Shown here piece by piece: positions 37,808 to 51,140 of a stretch of 64,000 bases of DNA. How positions within the stretch are numbered: the first letter of the stretch is position 1; the number at the start of each line of letters is the position of its first letter. The translations under genes and the position numbers were made by a program. Origin of the DNA: Callorhinchus milii (Eukaryota); the NCBI RefSeq assembly GCF_018977255.1, contig NW_024704742.1, forward strand, positions 91,204,001 through 91,268,000. The letters are read 5' to 3'. Below the pieces are notes generated by a model. The model ran no database searches, was not told the DNA's origin, and worked only from the letters and a program-made list of their open reading frames with translations.

Positions 37808-38599
37808 TAAATTCAAGTCTCTACCTATCTATGCCTCGAATTTCTTTTAGCATCTATCCCTGCTTCCTAACCTTGCAAAAATTCAATTTTATGTTCCACT
37901 CCGTAGTAGTATAGCACTACACTACATCAATTTTCTTCTTGTTTGTTTTCATCAGTAACTTTTACTCCAGTCATAATCTCAAACCTAGCCTAGCCCTGCA
38001 CAAAGGTTTTACATAATTAAACATCTGTGTTGCTACATTGGCTGTGATACATTCTTACTTCTGCAGAGATCAAAAAGGTGTTTCCAAAGCAATTAGTTCC
38101 ACTAATGATCAGATTTCAATTGAGTACAGAGCATTGTTCAAAAACTCCACATGAATTTTTTTTCCACGTGATAATATTTACACCTAGTTATTAATACTGA
38201 TGTGCGGACATTTTAACATTGACTAAAATACAAGTCAACTCAGAATGCAGCTTTTTTTTAATGCTGTTTACATTATAATAATGCTTGCATTGATATAGTA
38301 ACTTATCACATCATTGAGATATCTCAAAGTGCTTCACAGTGTAGTGACTGTGTAGTCACCACAAGACATCCCAGTTCCTTGGGGCATCCTTCTGACGTGA
38401 AAGTCACTATACAAATGTAATTTGTTGTTGTTGTGTGCTAAACCATTCTAAACATAATATTTAAAAATACCCTAATAAATATTTCCAAATGTTGAAGTAC
38501 TTAAAATGTCTAGTGGATTTCTTTACCTTGTGAAAAGATTGAAACCCAAGATGAACTTGAGCATTTGTAAAGTTGCTTTGCTCTCAAAAACATCTCACC

Positions 38600-38830
38600 T
38601 GTAAGTTTGGCCTCTACACAGAGAGTTGTTAGATTGTGGAATGCTCTGCTAGGTTTGGTGTAGTGGCTGAGGTAGAATCCATAATCGCTTTTAACAGGGA
38701 AGTAAATAGATCTAAAATAAAAGCAGGAATTTTCCAAGGTATGGAGAAAAGGCACATAAAAGGGATTGAATGGATGGCTCTTTCAAAGAGCCAGCACAGA
38801 TATGATGTTCAAATGGCCTTTCTCAATTCT
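38600..38830 (+). mobile_element. CR1 3' end fragment
   Basis: acacagagagttgttagattgtggaatgctct...gtggtggctgaggtaga-like and gagccagcacagatatgatg..caaatggcctt 3' UTR motifs. Confidence 0.7.
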
Positions 38831-39653
38831 TTAAAATTCAATTGTTTTATGACATCAAAACTCAGCCTATTTGCAACATATTGCAAAATGTCACATTTCA
38901 AATATCATTTTGCTAGACTTTAAGTTTTTATAACGAAGATTATTAATATTAATAATAATAAACCTCAAATTATTAATCAAACTGAATAGCTCTTTTGAGT
39001 TTACTCTATGCAGCTAAAATGCAACCCAAAATATTTTAATTGTACTTTGGAAGAGAATTCCAAACATGCTATGCAAGAACACATCTTGCATTTTTATAGC
39101 ACCTCGGAGCGCTGCCTATCAGAGACAGCTGCTAGAGACCTACCAAACAGTCTATTACCTGCTACATACATCTACCTGCTCATCAATAGGCAGCTCTATG
39201 TACAGAGGAAGTGCTAGCTGATATCTGTTTTCAGTGCGTGTCATGACATTTGTTCACAATTTCTACCTGATCTTAGACAAGCCAATTGACTCAAGATTTT
39301 CCTGTTGTAGTCAGGTATAAATTGCAACTTTTTGATATTCCAAGATTGTCTACAATAAACAAACACCATGTGCATTATGCACACCACATACAAACATGTC
39401 TGGTTCTGTAGCACAAGGACTAACCCTTACCTGAATAACCTCAAAATTGACATTTAATGCAACAAATACTGCATTCAATTTGTCTTAAAATGTCCCTATT
39501 TACACATCACATACCTGAAGTATTTCCAAGGCATCTTTTAAAATATATATGAAGAATGACATATGTCGAGCTGGGCCACACATAGTGGCTGTTTAGCCCG
39601 TCATATTCAATATTTATTTACAGGTTGTTCTGTCTTACTGTTTGTCACAATAC

Positions 39654-39854
39654 CTCAGTATTTTTTTGATGAGCCTGCGTGAGTTTTTGAATTTCGTTTT
39701 CAGCTTCAACAGCTCGACTCTTCTCCTTCTCAAAGCAGTGTTTCACATTGTGTAGATCCATTTTCATGCTGCCAATCAGTCCGTCTCTGTCAGCACATTC
39801 ACTGCGCCAATTATTTAACTCTTTATTTGCAGCTGCCAGGTCTTCCTGAAATTT
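39654..39854 (-). CDS. CCDC171: CCDC171 coding exon, 201 nt, phase 0-0
   Basis: ctatag|AAA...GAG|gtattg; KFQEDLAAANKELNNWRSECADRDGLIGSMKMDLHNVKHCFEKEKSRAVEAENEIQKLTQAHQKNTE. Confidence 0.93.
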
Positions 39855-40079
39855 CTATAGAAGAAGGGTTTAAATTCCATTAATTCAAATTTTGTGATCT
39901 CAGCATCTAGACTAAGAAAGTACACTTAATGTAATGTATCAAAATTATTAGGTAGTCTCACTAATAGAACCACTACTAAAAAGTGGACATTTCAAGAGAA
40001 TTATAATTAAAATTTGTGTTTCTAAAAGAAATGTTTAATTGAAAGTTAATGACATTGGGGGGACTGCATTTGAAGAATT

Positions 40080-40550
40080 ACTAAGCCTCATATTGCAGAA
40101 ATTAGATTGGGGATTATTGGCCAGGACTCCAGGGACACACCCTTCTCTTTTCAAATACAGTAAACCCCCGCCTTACTGGACTCCGGGTATCCGGAATTTG
40201 GACATAGCTTACTGGGCCTGGGGCCAATTTTTTTTTAAATTTCTTTGTAGACCCCTAACTACTCCTAGAATGCGCAGAAAATAGCTATCTTCTGCTCAGG
40301 GATTCAAACAATTACAATGCAGGTCTGGCTAGCCAGGGTTTTAGTGCATTGCCATGAGATCTTTAACATCCATCTGAACAGGCAGACAGGACCTCAAGTT
40401 AATGTTTAATTAGAAGGACAGACCTCTCCCAATGAAAGACTTCCCCAGCACCACATTGGAGTGTCAGCCTATGCTATGAGCTCAAAGTCATAGCTTGTGG
40501 CTTTAACCCACAATTTTCTGACAGAGATCAGAGTGCTACCAATTAAACCA
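40080..40550 (-). mobile_element. Long Deu-type SINE interrupted by a MITE
   Basis: ccttctcttttcaaata | insert | ttgccatgagatctttaacatcc is contiguous in other copies (e.g. 33298-33335). Confidence 0.82.
40158..40346. mobile_element. Tigger-like MITE, 189 bp
   Basis: TA|CAGTAAACCCC ... GGGTTTTAGTG|CA; imperfect TIRs; inserted at a TA of the SINE. Confidence 0.72.
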
Positions 40551-40659
40551 TCTTACTTAGGTTTTGCACTGAAAATCATATTTAATAATATTCCAACTGT
40601 GTATTTTACTTAAGTTCCTTCCCCTTACGCTAAAAAATCACCTCCAAAAAACCCCAAAC

Positions 40660-42670
40660 CCATTTGCTCGAGCGCAGATGGCGGAAAACTGGCCTGAGCA
40701 TCTCCACAGCTACCGCCGTTCTTTGACACGTGCAAAAACGGCCTTCTACTTCAACATCATCTTGGAGGCTAAACACAACCCTAAAATCCTTTTTCCACCA
40801 CCCACTACCTCCTCCGTGCCCTCCCTCAGGCCTCCTCAATCTTCATATCAAATGCCAAGTGTGAGGAGGTCATGTACTTCTCTTCTAAAATACTTAACAT
40901 CCGCCAGGCAGCCTCATCCACCTGTCCCTTGTCACCCACCACCACGCCCTCTCTGTCCCCCTCACCCTCCCCATCATCTGCTCCTACGAACACCCCCATT
41001 CTACATTCCTTCCTCCCCATCTCTCCCTCCTCCCTCTCACCTGTCATTAGCTCTATGAAACCCACCATCTGCTGCCTCGATCCCCTCCCCACCAACTTTC
41101 TGGTCACCCAGTTCCTCCTCCTCTGCCCACTACTGGCTGACGTCATCAACCAGTCCCTCTCTTCCGGATCAGTCCCTGCCCCCCTCAAAACTGCTGTCAT
41201 CACTCCCCTCCTCAAAAAGCCTTCCCTAGATCCCTCAAACCCCAGCCATTACCACCCTATTTCTAATCTGCCTTCCTTGCACAAGTCCTAGAACACATTG
41301 TTGCCAATCTACTTCGCGCACACCTCTCCTCCCACTCCCTCTTTAAACCCCTCCAGTCCGGTTTCCGCTCTGCCCCCAGTACAGAGACTGCGCTTGTGAA
41401 AGTCACAAACGACATCCTCACTATATGTGACCAGGGCTCCCTCTGCCTCCTTGTCCTCCTGGACATCTCAACTGCGTTTGACACAGTCGATCACACCATC
41501 CTCCTCCACCGCCTTTCCTCCATCATCCACCTCAGTGGGACCGCACTCGCCTGGTTCGAGGCCTACCTCACAAACCGCCAGCAGTACATCTGCAAAAATG
41601 GCTTCTCCTCCCGCTCTCACCCGGTTAACATCATCCTTGGCCCCTTCTCTTTCTGATCTGCATGCTCCCTCTTGGGGATGTCATCCGCAGACATGAGGTA
41701 CATTTCCACATGTATGCGGACGACACCCAACTCTATTTTTCCACCTCTCATTGCGACCCCCAGTCCCCTGATGTTCTGTCAGGCTACCTGTCAGATCTCA
41801 GGGGCTGGATGAGCACAAATTTCATTCAGCTGAACGTTGACAAGACAGAAGCCATACTCTTTGGCTCTCGTCAACGTCTAAAATCTCACGTTTCTCACCT
41901 CCTCCACCTACCCGACCTTCCCCTAAAACTCTCCGAACCCATATGGAACCTAGGCGTCAAGTTCGACCCCCAACTATCCTTCCTCCCCCACATCCGGTCC
42001 CTCACCAGCACCGCTTTCTTCCACCTCCGACGCATCGCCTGTCTCCGCCAATACCTCACTCCAAAAGCCGCTGAAACCCTGGTCCATGCATTTTGTCACC
42101 TCTCTGCTGGACTATTCAAATGCCCTCCTCGCCGGCCTCCCCTCCACTACCATCCATAAAATCCAGATTATAAAAAACTCTGCCGCCCGCATTCTCACCC
42201 GCACGAAACTCCGCTCTCCGATTACCCCAGCCTTTGCCAGACCACACTGGTTGCCTGTCCCAGAGAGGATCGACTTCAAGATCCTCACCCTTGTCTTCAA
42301 ATCCCTCCACTCCTCTGCACCCCCCGACCTCTCTGACCTCCTCTCGCCTCAAAACAGTGCCCGCTGCCTTCGTTCCTCCGGGTCTGGCCTCCTCCTTGTC
42401 CCCTGAATCCTCCACTCCACCATCGGCGGCCGTGCCTTCAGCCGCTATGCCCCAAGGCTCTGGAACTCCCTTCCTCACTCCCTTCGCCTCACTTCCTCTC
42501 TTTCTATTTTCAGGTCTCTGCTGAAGACCTTCCTTTTCGACCGCGCCTTTGGTCACCTTCCTCCCCCTCCACCTGGCTTGGTCCCGGGATCCGTTACTAT
42601 AAAGCACTCTGAGACGCCGTCCGGCGTGGAGGACGCTATATAAATCCAAGTTATTGTTGTTGTTGTTGTA
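40660..42670 (+). mobile_element. L2 LINE, 5'-truncated (about 2 kb, RT domain to 3' tail), dead copy
   Basis: [80 protein letters not shown]; frameshifts; the GVPQGS segment is missing; (TTG)n tail. Confidence 0.97.
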
Positions 42671-43994
42671 CGCTACCAAGTTTTCTAATTCCTCCAAACA
42701 AGTCACCCAAATGGTTAGAACTTATTGTTTCCAATATACGAAGCAGACAAACAAACATGCAGAAGGAATGTAAAAGGATATTAAAGTCAGATGCATTTAT
42801 CCTGTATCTGCCAAAATCAAGATCTTTCTCAGTGTGTTTAGTGGAAACATATGGATTGGCCCAATTAGCAACTTTGCAGTTATATGTATGGTAACTTCTT
42901 AAAAAGTTAGTCCAAGATTCACACATCAATCCAATGAAACCGCCTTTAATCTAACTAGATTTTCAACTCCTGGAAGTGACCTGCGTTACAAATAAAATTT
43001 GTTCTAGTTGTGTGATAAGTCAAAGATTTCATAGCATTGTCAAAATATAATTGGTGCTCTAACTCAGAACTATGCGGAGGATGACATAACGAATGGAGGG
43101 CTGATTTCTTGATGCAAATAAAATTGGGACACCACCTTGGGTAGAAAGTTAGAATGGTCCCTGAAGGCAGCTCTGTCATTATGCCAATTGAATAAGAATA
43201 TTCAACTTACCAGCACCAGCTCAATAAGTCTTCTGGCAGAAACCAAAGCTATCAAGAGAGTTTCAGTTCACTGGAATACATTAATTTAAATCGAGGAGAC
43301 GTAAGCTTACAAACAACTATAGTTAAGTCCCATTGGTGGAGTTGGAGACATACAAGAAGGGTTTGATTGCTAAGCCCTTTCATGAAAATGAGAAAGGAAC
43401 AGCTCCAGGAGAAATGTCCTGTGAAGAACCATAAAATAGCAGCAATATGTAAACTGACAGAACTTGGTTTTAATCCAAAACACCAGATGCTGAGACTAAT
43501 CCAAAATGTGAGCAATCTCGTATGATAAAAGGTTCAATCAGCCAAGCTGCATATCAAGGGACAAACCTTTTTTGGTTTTAGTTGTAAAGGCCTTTCAATA
43601 GACAGTGTCTATAACAAAGTTTGTCCCTCTCAAGTGCTAGACAGTTAACAAAAAATCTGTTGGATCTGGATGGAGTTTTACCTTTCAGATGAGACAGGAG
43701 GGACTCTGTAGAGAACTGAAATTGGATTGACATTGCTTATTGCTGGAATATTCGGAGAACTACTGATATATCATTGGGGATCACTAAAAACAGAAAGACT
43801 ATGAGAAGAAAATGTTTTTTTCTCTACCAAGAAAAAAAATAACATCTAACATTCGAGATTGGTAGTCCTTAGTTTTCAAACAGAAGAAATGCTTTTTGTT
43901 TGGAAATCCTTTTTGTCAAATTCTAGATAACCCCAAACCACAATTTTGTAAATCACCTCCAGATACATCACATTTTAGTGAGGATGAAAAAAAA

Positions 43995-44392
43995 ATCCCT
44001 GCATTTGATATAATGCCTTTCACATGAGGAAGATTATTCAAACCACTTCACAGTACTGTAAAATGGTCTGAGTGTGTATTTGTTGGCAAATGCAGCACAA
44101 TTTGCGAATGGCAATGTCCCAGAAATTACCATGAAGTGAATGATAAATGTTATCTGGTGACTTGTTGGCTAGGGCACTAGGAAAAACTCTTTCAAATAAT
44201 ATCACCGGATCTTTAGCGTTCACCTGAACATGCAGACAAAACCTCAGATTAACATCTGAAGGGCACCTCTAACAACACAGCAAACTACAACTTGGGAGTG
44301 AGATTATGTGAGTTCAAAGTGCCAAAATGGTGCTTGAATCCATAGTCTTCTGACTCAGAGGTGAAAGTGCTAGTAACTGAGCCAGGCTGATG
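43995..44392 (-). mobile_element. Long Deu-type SINE
   Basis: Head ctgactcagaggtgaaagtgctagtaactgagccaggctga (read on minus); body and tail as in the other copies. Confidence 0.82.
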
Positions 44393-44699
44393 CCAGAATA
44401 AACTACCACCTGACTAAATTATCGAACATGATTTACTTACTCAGCTCCAGTATTGGGCAAATGGTTTGAAAACCCCCAAAAAATATTCTGATTAATGCTA
44501 TAGAAATGAAGTACTTGGAAAGTGGTGTTCATGAATGGAAAATGGATAAACTGTTTATGAGGTTTCCCAATGTGCTGCGTTGTTGGAGGTACCTTTCAGA
44601 TGTTAATCCAAGGTCCTGTCTACCTGTTCCCAATAGCAATCCATATGTCAATACACTAGTTTGTTATTTTCCAAATCATTTGAATACTTAAGTTCCTAC

Positions 44700-44789
44700 C
44701 TCAAGACTTGACTTTTGTGACCAAACCAACTCTTTGTAGGTCTCACATTCTTTGCTCATCGTCTCAGCCAACTGCTTTGTTTTGTAAAG
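44700..44789 (-). CDS. CCDC171: CCDC171 coding exon, 90 nt, phase 0-0
   Basis: tttcag|CTT...GAG|gtagga; LYKTKQLAETMSKECETYKELVWSQKSSLE; the 30-aa length fits the gap between flanking exons in the human protein, but sequence identity is low. Confidence 0.8.
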
Positions 44790-47700
44790 CTGAAATGGAA
44801 GTTAAAATGATACGCTTAGCCTATTAAAGCAATATGTATTTAAAAATACAGTACATATCAGTTTCATTGGATAGGGTCATGCAAAATACACTTTGCTATT
44901 TACAAAATCAATAAAAACTCAGAAAAGAAACATTCATCTACACAGCATTGCTGGATGGATTTCCTCGTCACTAGGTGTAGTCATTTCAAAAATCATTTCA
45001 TGATTTTCATCGTCAGATTCACTATTACTCAGCAGATTTTGCCTTTTGTGTTTTTTTTAAGATTTCTACTTTTTTGTGCAGAATGGATTAATGCACCAAA
45101 TAACCTTGTCTCTTTCAACTCGTTATGTTCTTCAATCTGTAGTCAAATCTAACAACAGTTATACAAATTGTTTAACAAAATAGTGTTGAAATTTTAAAGA
45201 AAGTGTGTTTGTTGAGACAACTAGCCGTTCACATGCCTAAATTCCTAAACACATTCTGTGATTTTTCTACAATTTTGAAATTGTTGCAGCTAGAAGTTTA
45301 TCCCAGAAATGGATTTCCTTTACATCAGGATCAATTTGGGATCAGATTTGAAGAAACATCAAGAGCCTCACAGAATATACTGTAAATTGAATTGACTATG
45401 TTTTGTTGATTGTTTGCAGCCCAACAGTTTCAAAAACTCCCACTCACTGAAGTAGTTTTACAGCTTACCCAGTGATAAAGATCCTGAACTAAAGGGTTTA
45501 AAACAGGCAAAACATTTATATTTCCTAACTAAAGTGCATATGTGCCATGCATTGCACACGAACACACATACACTGCACATTTTGACTTTCATCACATAAA
45601 CAAAGTTAAAAAAAAAGCACTTACTCCTCAGCTTCTCTGCAAATACATTATTACATGTAGTAAAAATGAGCCAAATCGTTTGCCTCCTATTTGCTGTTTA
45701 AATAGGGTATTAAGAGCGCAGACTTCATGCTGGTGATCAGGGATCAGATTGAGACATCAGATCTGCTCTGATCTCTGACCGTCACTGTAAACCAGGTATT
45801 TTGTGTTGGTTTAATTCCCTCCTTGATCCTACTGCCTTCTGTGTGCCTTTTTTTGTTCTTTCTGTGTCAGAGGCTCCATTTCCCCCTAAAGGGACCTTTT
45901 TAATGGCCTCTCGTATGTTTGGATGGAATATTTTCCCTTCAGTGTTAGTTTCCATCTAAATAGACAGTTTTTCTAGTTTATCTCAATTCCACAGTATGCA
46001 CTTGTAACAATTCAAAAAAGGGCAATGTCATTCAGGAAATGCAATGGCATAACCTTTTTTTTTGAATTGTCTGTGTAACTTGCAAATAAAAGCAGTACAG
46101 TGAACATTAATTGAATGGGAGAAAGGTAAGTACAAAAGAGGTCAGGCGAGATCAAGCGGATCTGAAGCAAGAAAGCAGAACTGAAGTGGCATCGGGGAAT
46201 AAGCTATGCAGGAAAAGGTACTTGCAAACAACATGGGAAAAGCAGGCCTGGGAAGTAGTTTTGCAGTCAGAAACCCCAAAGTGGTTGCACAGAGTCCAAC
46301 AAAGCTAACAGAAAAGGAATTACTTATTGGTAGCTTTTGAAAATAAAATCCATCAATCTAACAATATTAAGTTAAAATTTCTCACAGTTCAAAAAAAGAG
46401 CACTTAGAAAAAAAAATAAAAAAATAAGAATATGTACAAAGTCAAGAAGTTTAAACAAAGGAATAATTTAAGCAAAGAATGATTATTTTTGAGTTTACTG
46501 GAAAAATAAATTTGTGAGAACAACCTCACTCATTCTGCTTTTTCATTCTGTCAATCTGTGACCACAGCATTTCATGCTTATTAACTACATATTCCAATCT
46601 CAAAATGCTTGTATTTTTCCACAGGTGACATATGTAACTATGGTTGATGACTCAAATTACACATTTCTCTAACTTGACCCACACTGTTGTTGCCATTTTA
46701 AAATTAAAAAAATCTTATGTCAATAGATATGGTACAGAAAATGTAATTGAAGTTGAACGTTTTGCACTTTGGAATCCAGAGATTGCAAACATCACACAAT
46801 GACTGTTATTCAAAGAGGAGATAAACCAACATTCAGTCTTTGTTTTACAAGATTTTAAAATTGCATTTGAATGGTATTTCTTCATCAGAAATTTATATTG
46901 AAATGATCAAGACAAATTGTTAAATGTTATCACTGTTGTGGGTGAATTCACATTGATCAAGCTTGGAGGTTTCCTGAAATAAATTTCTACCAACCCATTA
47001 GCTAGTTAGATATATGTGTTGGGGAGAATGGGTAGAAAAGTGTTGAATTCTTAGTGCTCTTGGGAGGATATCACTGATAATACAGGTAATGTGATTCTAG
47101 ATGTGAACTCACTTTGAGTGCTGTCAAGATCCTTTAATAAGATCCCATAAACACCCAATTCCTACTGCTGGTAAACTTAAATAGTTAAATAAATGGATTG
47201 TACCAAACAATAGAAAAGAACCTTTAAAGAGACCATGATTTATTCTTCTGTGCAGCAACACCTGCATTTAGTCTACAATTCTATATCTTTAAGAAATAAC
47301 AGATTATCAAGCAGAGTATTAGACAAAGTATCTGATCTGAACTAAAAGTCACAATGCCTTGTGTTGAGTGATCAATTAGACTACACAAAATTAATGCTGG
47401 AAGAAACAATGAAAGTTACAATTGGGAAGTAGAGGAAAGTGTGTGTCCAAGGTCAGAGATCTCAGGGATTAAGCTGTGCAAGTTAGAAGCCAAAGTGACA
47501 CCAACATTGTGAGTCTACACAGGTATTTGCAAGAACCAGAAATGGCACTTTGTGGTCTGAAAACTGGTGAGAGCAAGGCATATGCTTCGTCCATAGAGAC
47601 TTACACCTGGGCTGCTGTGGGTTGTATAACCCCGGTGATGCACCAATGCTCCCCAGACCTAAGCAGTGCATATAAGCAATTCATCCAAAGCTGCAGTGTG

Positions 47701-49589
47701 AGAAACCCACCTACCGCAAACTGCTGGAATACTTTAAATACTGCCAACAGCGATAGTTTCAAAGCAATAAATTAAAAATATAGCACTTGGATCGATAGCA
47801 GAAATAGTAATATTTAATTTGGGCAGATAATGACTACTGAACTGGCCATTTTCATACAAATCCATCCCTTCCTTCAAAGTGAGCCATTTAAGATTAATAA
47901 CCATAATACTCAATAAAATGATGTTATTGCTACAGTATAACTTTATCAGTAATAGAAAAATAACTTAGAACTTGCATATTTATTGCACCTTATCTCTCAA
48001 AACACTTTGTACATATTTACTGCCACTGTAATGACTGTTCTTATAGGCAAACATTTACACCTTCAAGGTTCCAAAAAATAGTCATGAGATGAATAACCAA
48101 TTACAGTGGATGATTGTTGACTAAATCAATCTCGCCGAGTAAAGAAATCTAGCTAGATTAAAACTAAACACTGAAAGAATTAACCAAAGTTTTGCAAGTC
48201 AGAAAATAGTACTGAAGTCAACAAGAAGTACCATGAAGGGAGACAAAGTAAAATAAAATACAAAATCTAGGTTAGAATAATTATTTTGTTTTCTGATTGA
48301 TGTAAACAAGTCACAATAAAGGCAGAAAATCTCACATTTCTTAAGTCATGAAACCCATTGTTGACATCTCTGCAATTAATTCTATGATAATAGTGCAGAA
48401 ATTACCTTTTTTTAAAAAAAGCTGACACCAGTGCACTGGGTATAGTCTTTTAATGCCGCTATGGTGTGGAGCAATTCCTGACACATTGTGACACAACTAT
48501 GGGGTCAGTCACATGCCGTGGGATCAGGGTGACTTGTGGCAGGTCATCAGTTAGAATCCACAGCTTGGATTTATTTTCTCTGACAGTTCATTCTTCTTTC
48601 TGTCAACCTATTCCCTTTTGCTTTCTCTGAAACCACCCTCTCAGTCTCCCCTCTGCTATCTCTGGCACTGTTTCACAACTCAGAACATTTCAGAGCCAAA
48701 GCCTGCTGTGTCAACCCCTCCACGCTGCTGGGGATCATGTGACATTTATCTTCACTAGTAACAATTCACCACAGGTAACATGTTCCAAGTTACTTTGAAG
48801 CCTCTTGCAATGGGCCTCAGAGTTTTCATAAAGTATTCACTTTACTACTTCATAATCCTCATGCACACAGTTCAAAAGGTCTTCATGCTGTTAAAAATAT
48901 AATTATTTCTCCCAGTTTATTTCAATGTCCTTCAAAACTCTTATAATGGAGAATATAGATCTTTCAAATGTGCATACAAGTGTAATCGCCGGTTGATAAA
49001 CAAGACTCCAGGAAACAGTGGGATTTTTTGCACACAAGCTGTATAAATGCCTTTTACAGTGCAGCAAAGACCATCACAAAAAGCAACAGAAATACATCAC
49101 TACTCTTGACAGTGATTATTGTAAAGAGCTGTGAGATGGTTCAATGTGATAAGGGTTTTCAGAAAACGTAAATTATTTTTATAAATAATCAGATAATAAG
49201 TTCACTGTTCTGAAAGAAATAGCCAAAGTCCTATGTACGAAGTCAAGCAAACGAGCAATGAGAGTTGAAGGATCAAATGATTTTCATTGTATTCCATAAA
49301 GCACGGTTAAAAAAAGTCATATTTACATATCTTGTAAGTTATTTTAACAATGTTCTAAAGTCTACTCCAAATGAATGGTATAACCCTGCAGTGAGGATTG
49401 CTTTTTTTGGATTAAACACTGCAGCCACATTTTATGTTGTTTCCTCAGACACTGTAGGTATCTGCAAAGCTGTCAATCCTAGATTCCCTGTGGTCACTGC
49501 AATCTCCTATGACCTTTGTAATGAGCGGGTTACACATACTGCTGCAGGCCAAGGGCTGTATCTGAGGCGCCAAACAGTGCAAGTGTTAC

Positions 49590-49696
49590 CTCATTAGATG
49601 CGTCTCCTAGCCTGCTCTGGTAATCTGTCAAGGTATGTCTCAAATTCTCAAGGACGACAGAGGGGCTTAAGGGTTTTTCTTTGTCCTTGCAATTGC
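49590..49696 (-). CDS. CCDC171: CCDC171 coding exon, 107 nt, phase 1-0
   Basis: ttcag|GC...GAG|gtaaca; (G)NCKDKEKPLSPSVVLENLRHTLTDYQSRLGDASNE, inside ORF 49530..49811. Confidence 0.95.
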
Positions 49697-50454
49697 CTGA
49701 AGTAAAAAAAGAGAAAAGTAAAGCTTTTAAATATTGTATTATAATTCCACAAATGGATACCTCAGCATTAAAATAGGTATATCTACAACATTTCTCATCA
49801 ACAACTTGCAAGATGAATCAATCTGGAATCTTTACAGTGCATTTATTGAATTCTTCCAGTAACAGAGATATTCAATGCTTAATGAGGTCAGCATTTCTAA
49901 TGAACTGAAGGTAAAATAAACTACAGTAAGCACACAACCATTTTGAATGGCCACTTCTGCCATTAATCAATCTGATAATCAACCAATGTATTCATTTCCT
50001 CTCTTTAATCATTCATACTTAATTCTGACTGTTTTTATACTTATAAGTGTACCCATAGCAGAGATATTGACTGTACATTAATCTGTAACTTTATACATAT
50101 CTGCAATTCATCCCCTGTTGAATACGTAAAATGTCCTAAATAGATAAGTACTTTTTGTACAAGTTGTGCTTGAATTAAAAAATTGCAGAGAACTATATCA
50201 TTTTTTTAAAAAATACATAGCAAATTAAAACACACTAAGACCCAGTAATAAGTTCCCATAGTATTCAAATTTTATAGGTATATCTGAGGTCTAGTTGCAA
50301 CAAAAACAGAACCTAGAATAAGGAGAACCTAAGTAGTATTGGTTTTACATCTAATAGTGATTATCGTTTTTCACTCCGATAACATGAAGGTAGAAACAAA
50401 CCCCGATGAGATTTGTCATCCTAATTCTTTAAATTAGTTCAGTCTAAACACATA

Positions 50455-51140
50455 CCATAATGTTCAGAATATAAGGTGAGCTTTTTTCTTCTAAATTAAG
50501 TTTCAGAATTGCTACTTATCTTTTTTTGCGAACTAACCACTACTGTATAATGCTGCAAAATTCCAGCAAAACAAAATCCAGTTGCACACATGCTGAGAAT
50601 TGCAAAATTGGAGGAGAGGTTACATATAGGCACACAATTCCCCACACAGAGGTCTAGTAACATTGCATGCGCTCAATTTCCCAATTTTCACACATGCTTG
50701 GAGCTGAATTTATTTGCCAGTAGCACACAGCTACATTTTTATTAAGAGTGAAAAGTTACAAAGATTGTGGAAGAGGGTAAAGAGAGAATGATAGCGGAAG
50801 AGAGAGCGGAAGAGTCAGAAAGTTAGAAGATCGAGCAAGAGAAAAGAACCTGAGAAAGTGAGAGAGAAAAAAATACAGAGAAAGAACGGGATAGTACAAT
50901 ATAATTGCATGACAGCTATGGAGAATATTCTAAATTCCCAGCTGTATTAAAACATTTTAAATATTAGAATTTTTCAGGATAATTCTAATGTACTGTAATA
51001 TTATGCAAAATGTGTTTTGGACTGCTCTGTGTCTACTCTGCTACACATTTTCCTTTTTTTCTGAAATATAACTGAAAATTAGAGAGGGGCGGGGTACTGT
51101 GCCTTATAATTGAAGTCACCTTATATTTGAAACAATATGG
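50455..51140. mobile_element. Tc1/mariner (Tc2-like) non-autonomous DNA transposon, about 686 bp
   Basis: Left TA|CCATAATGTTCAGAATATAAGGTGA versus right-end reverse complement CCATATTGTTTCAAATATAAGGTGA; a related right end occurs at 61850-61926. Confidence 0.78.

Noticed and set aside
40660..42670. Functional or domesticated reverse transcriptase
   Set aside because: Multiple frameshifts and stops, the GVPQGS motif is deleted, and there is no endonuclease or 5' end.
42116..42706. 196-aa and 183-aa (36045..36596) minus-strand ORFs
   Set aside because: Antisense frames of C-rich L2 3' regions, not independent genes.
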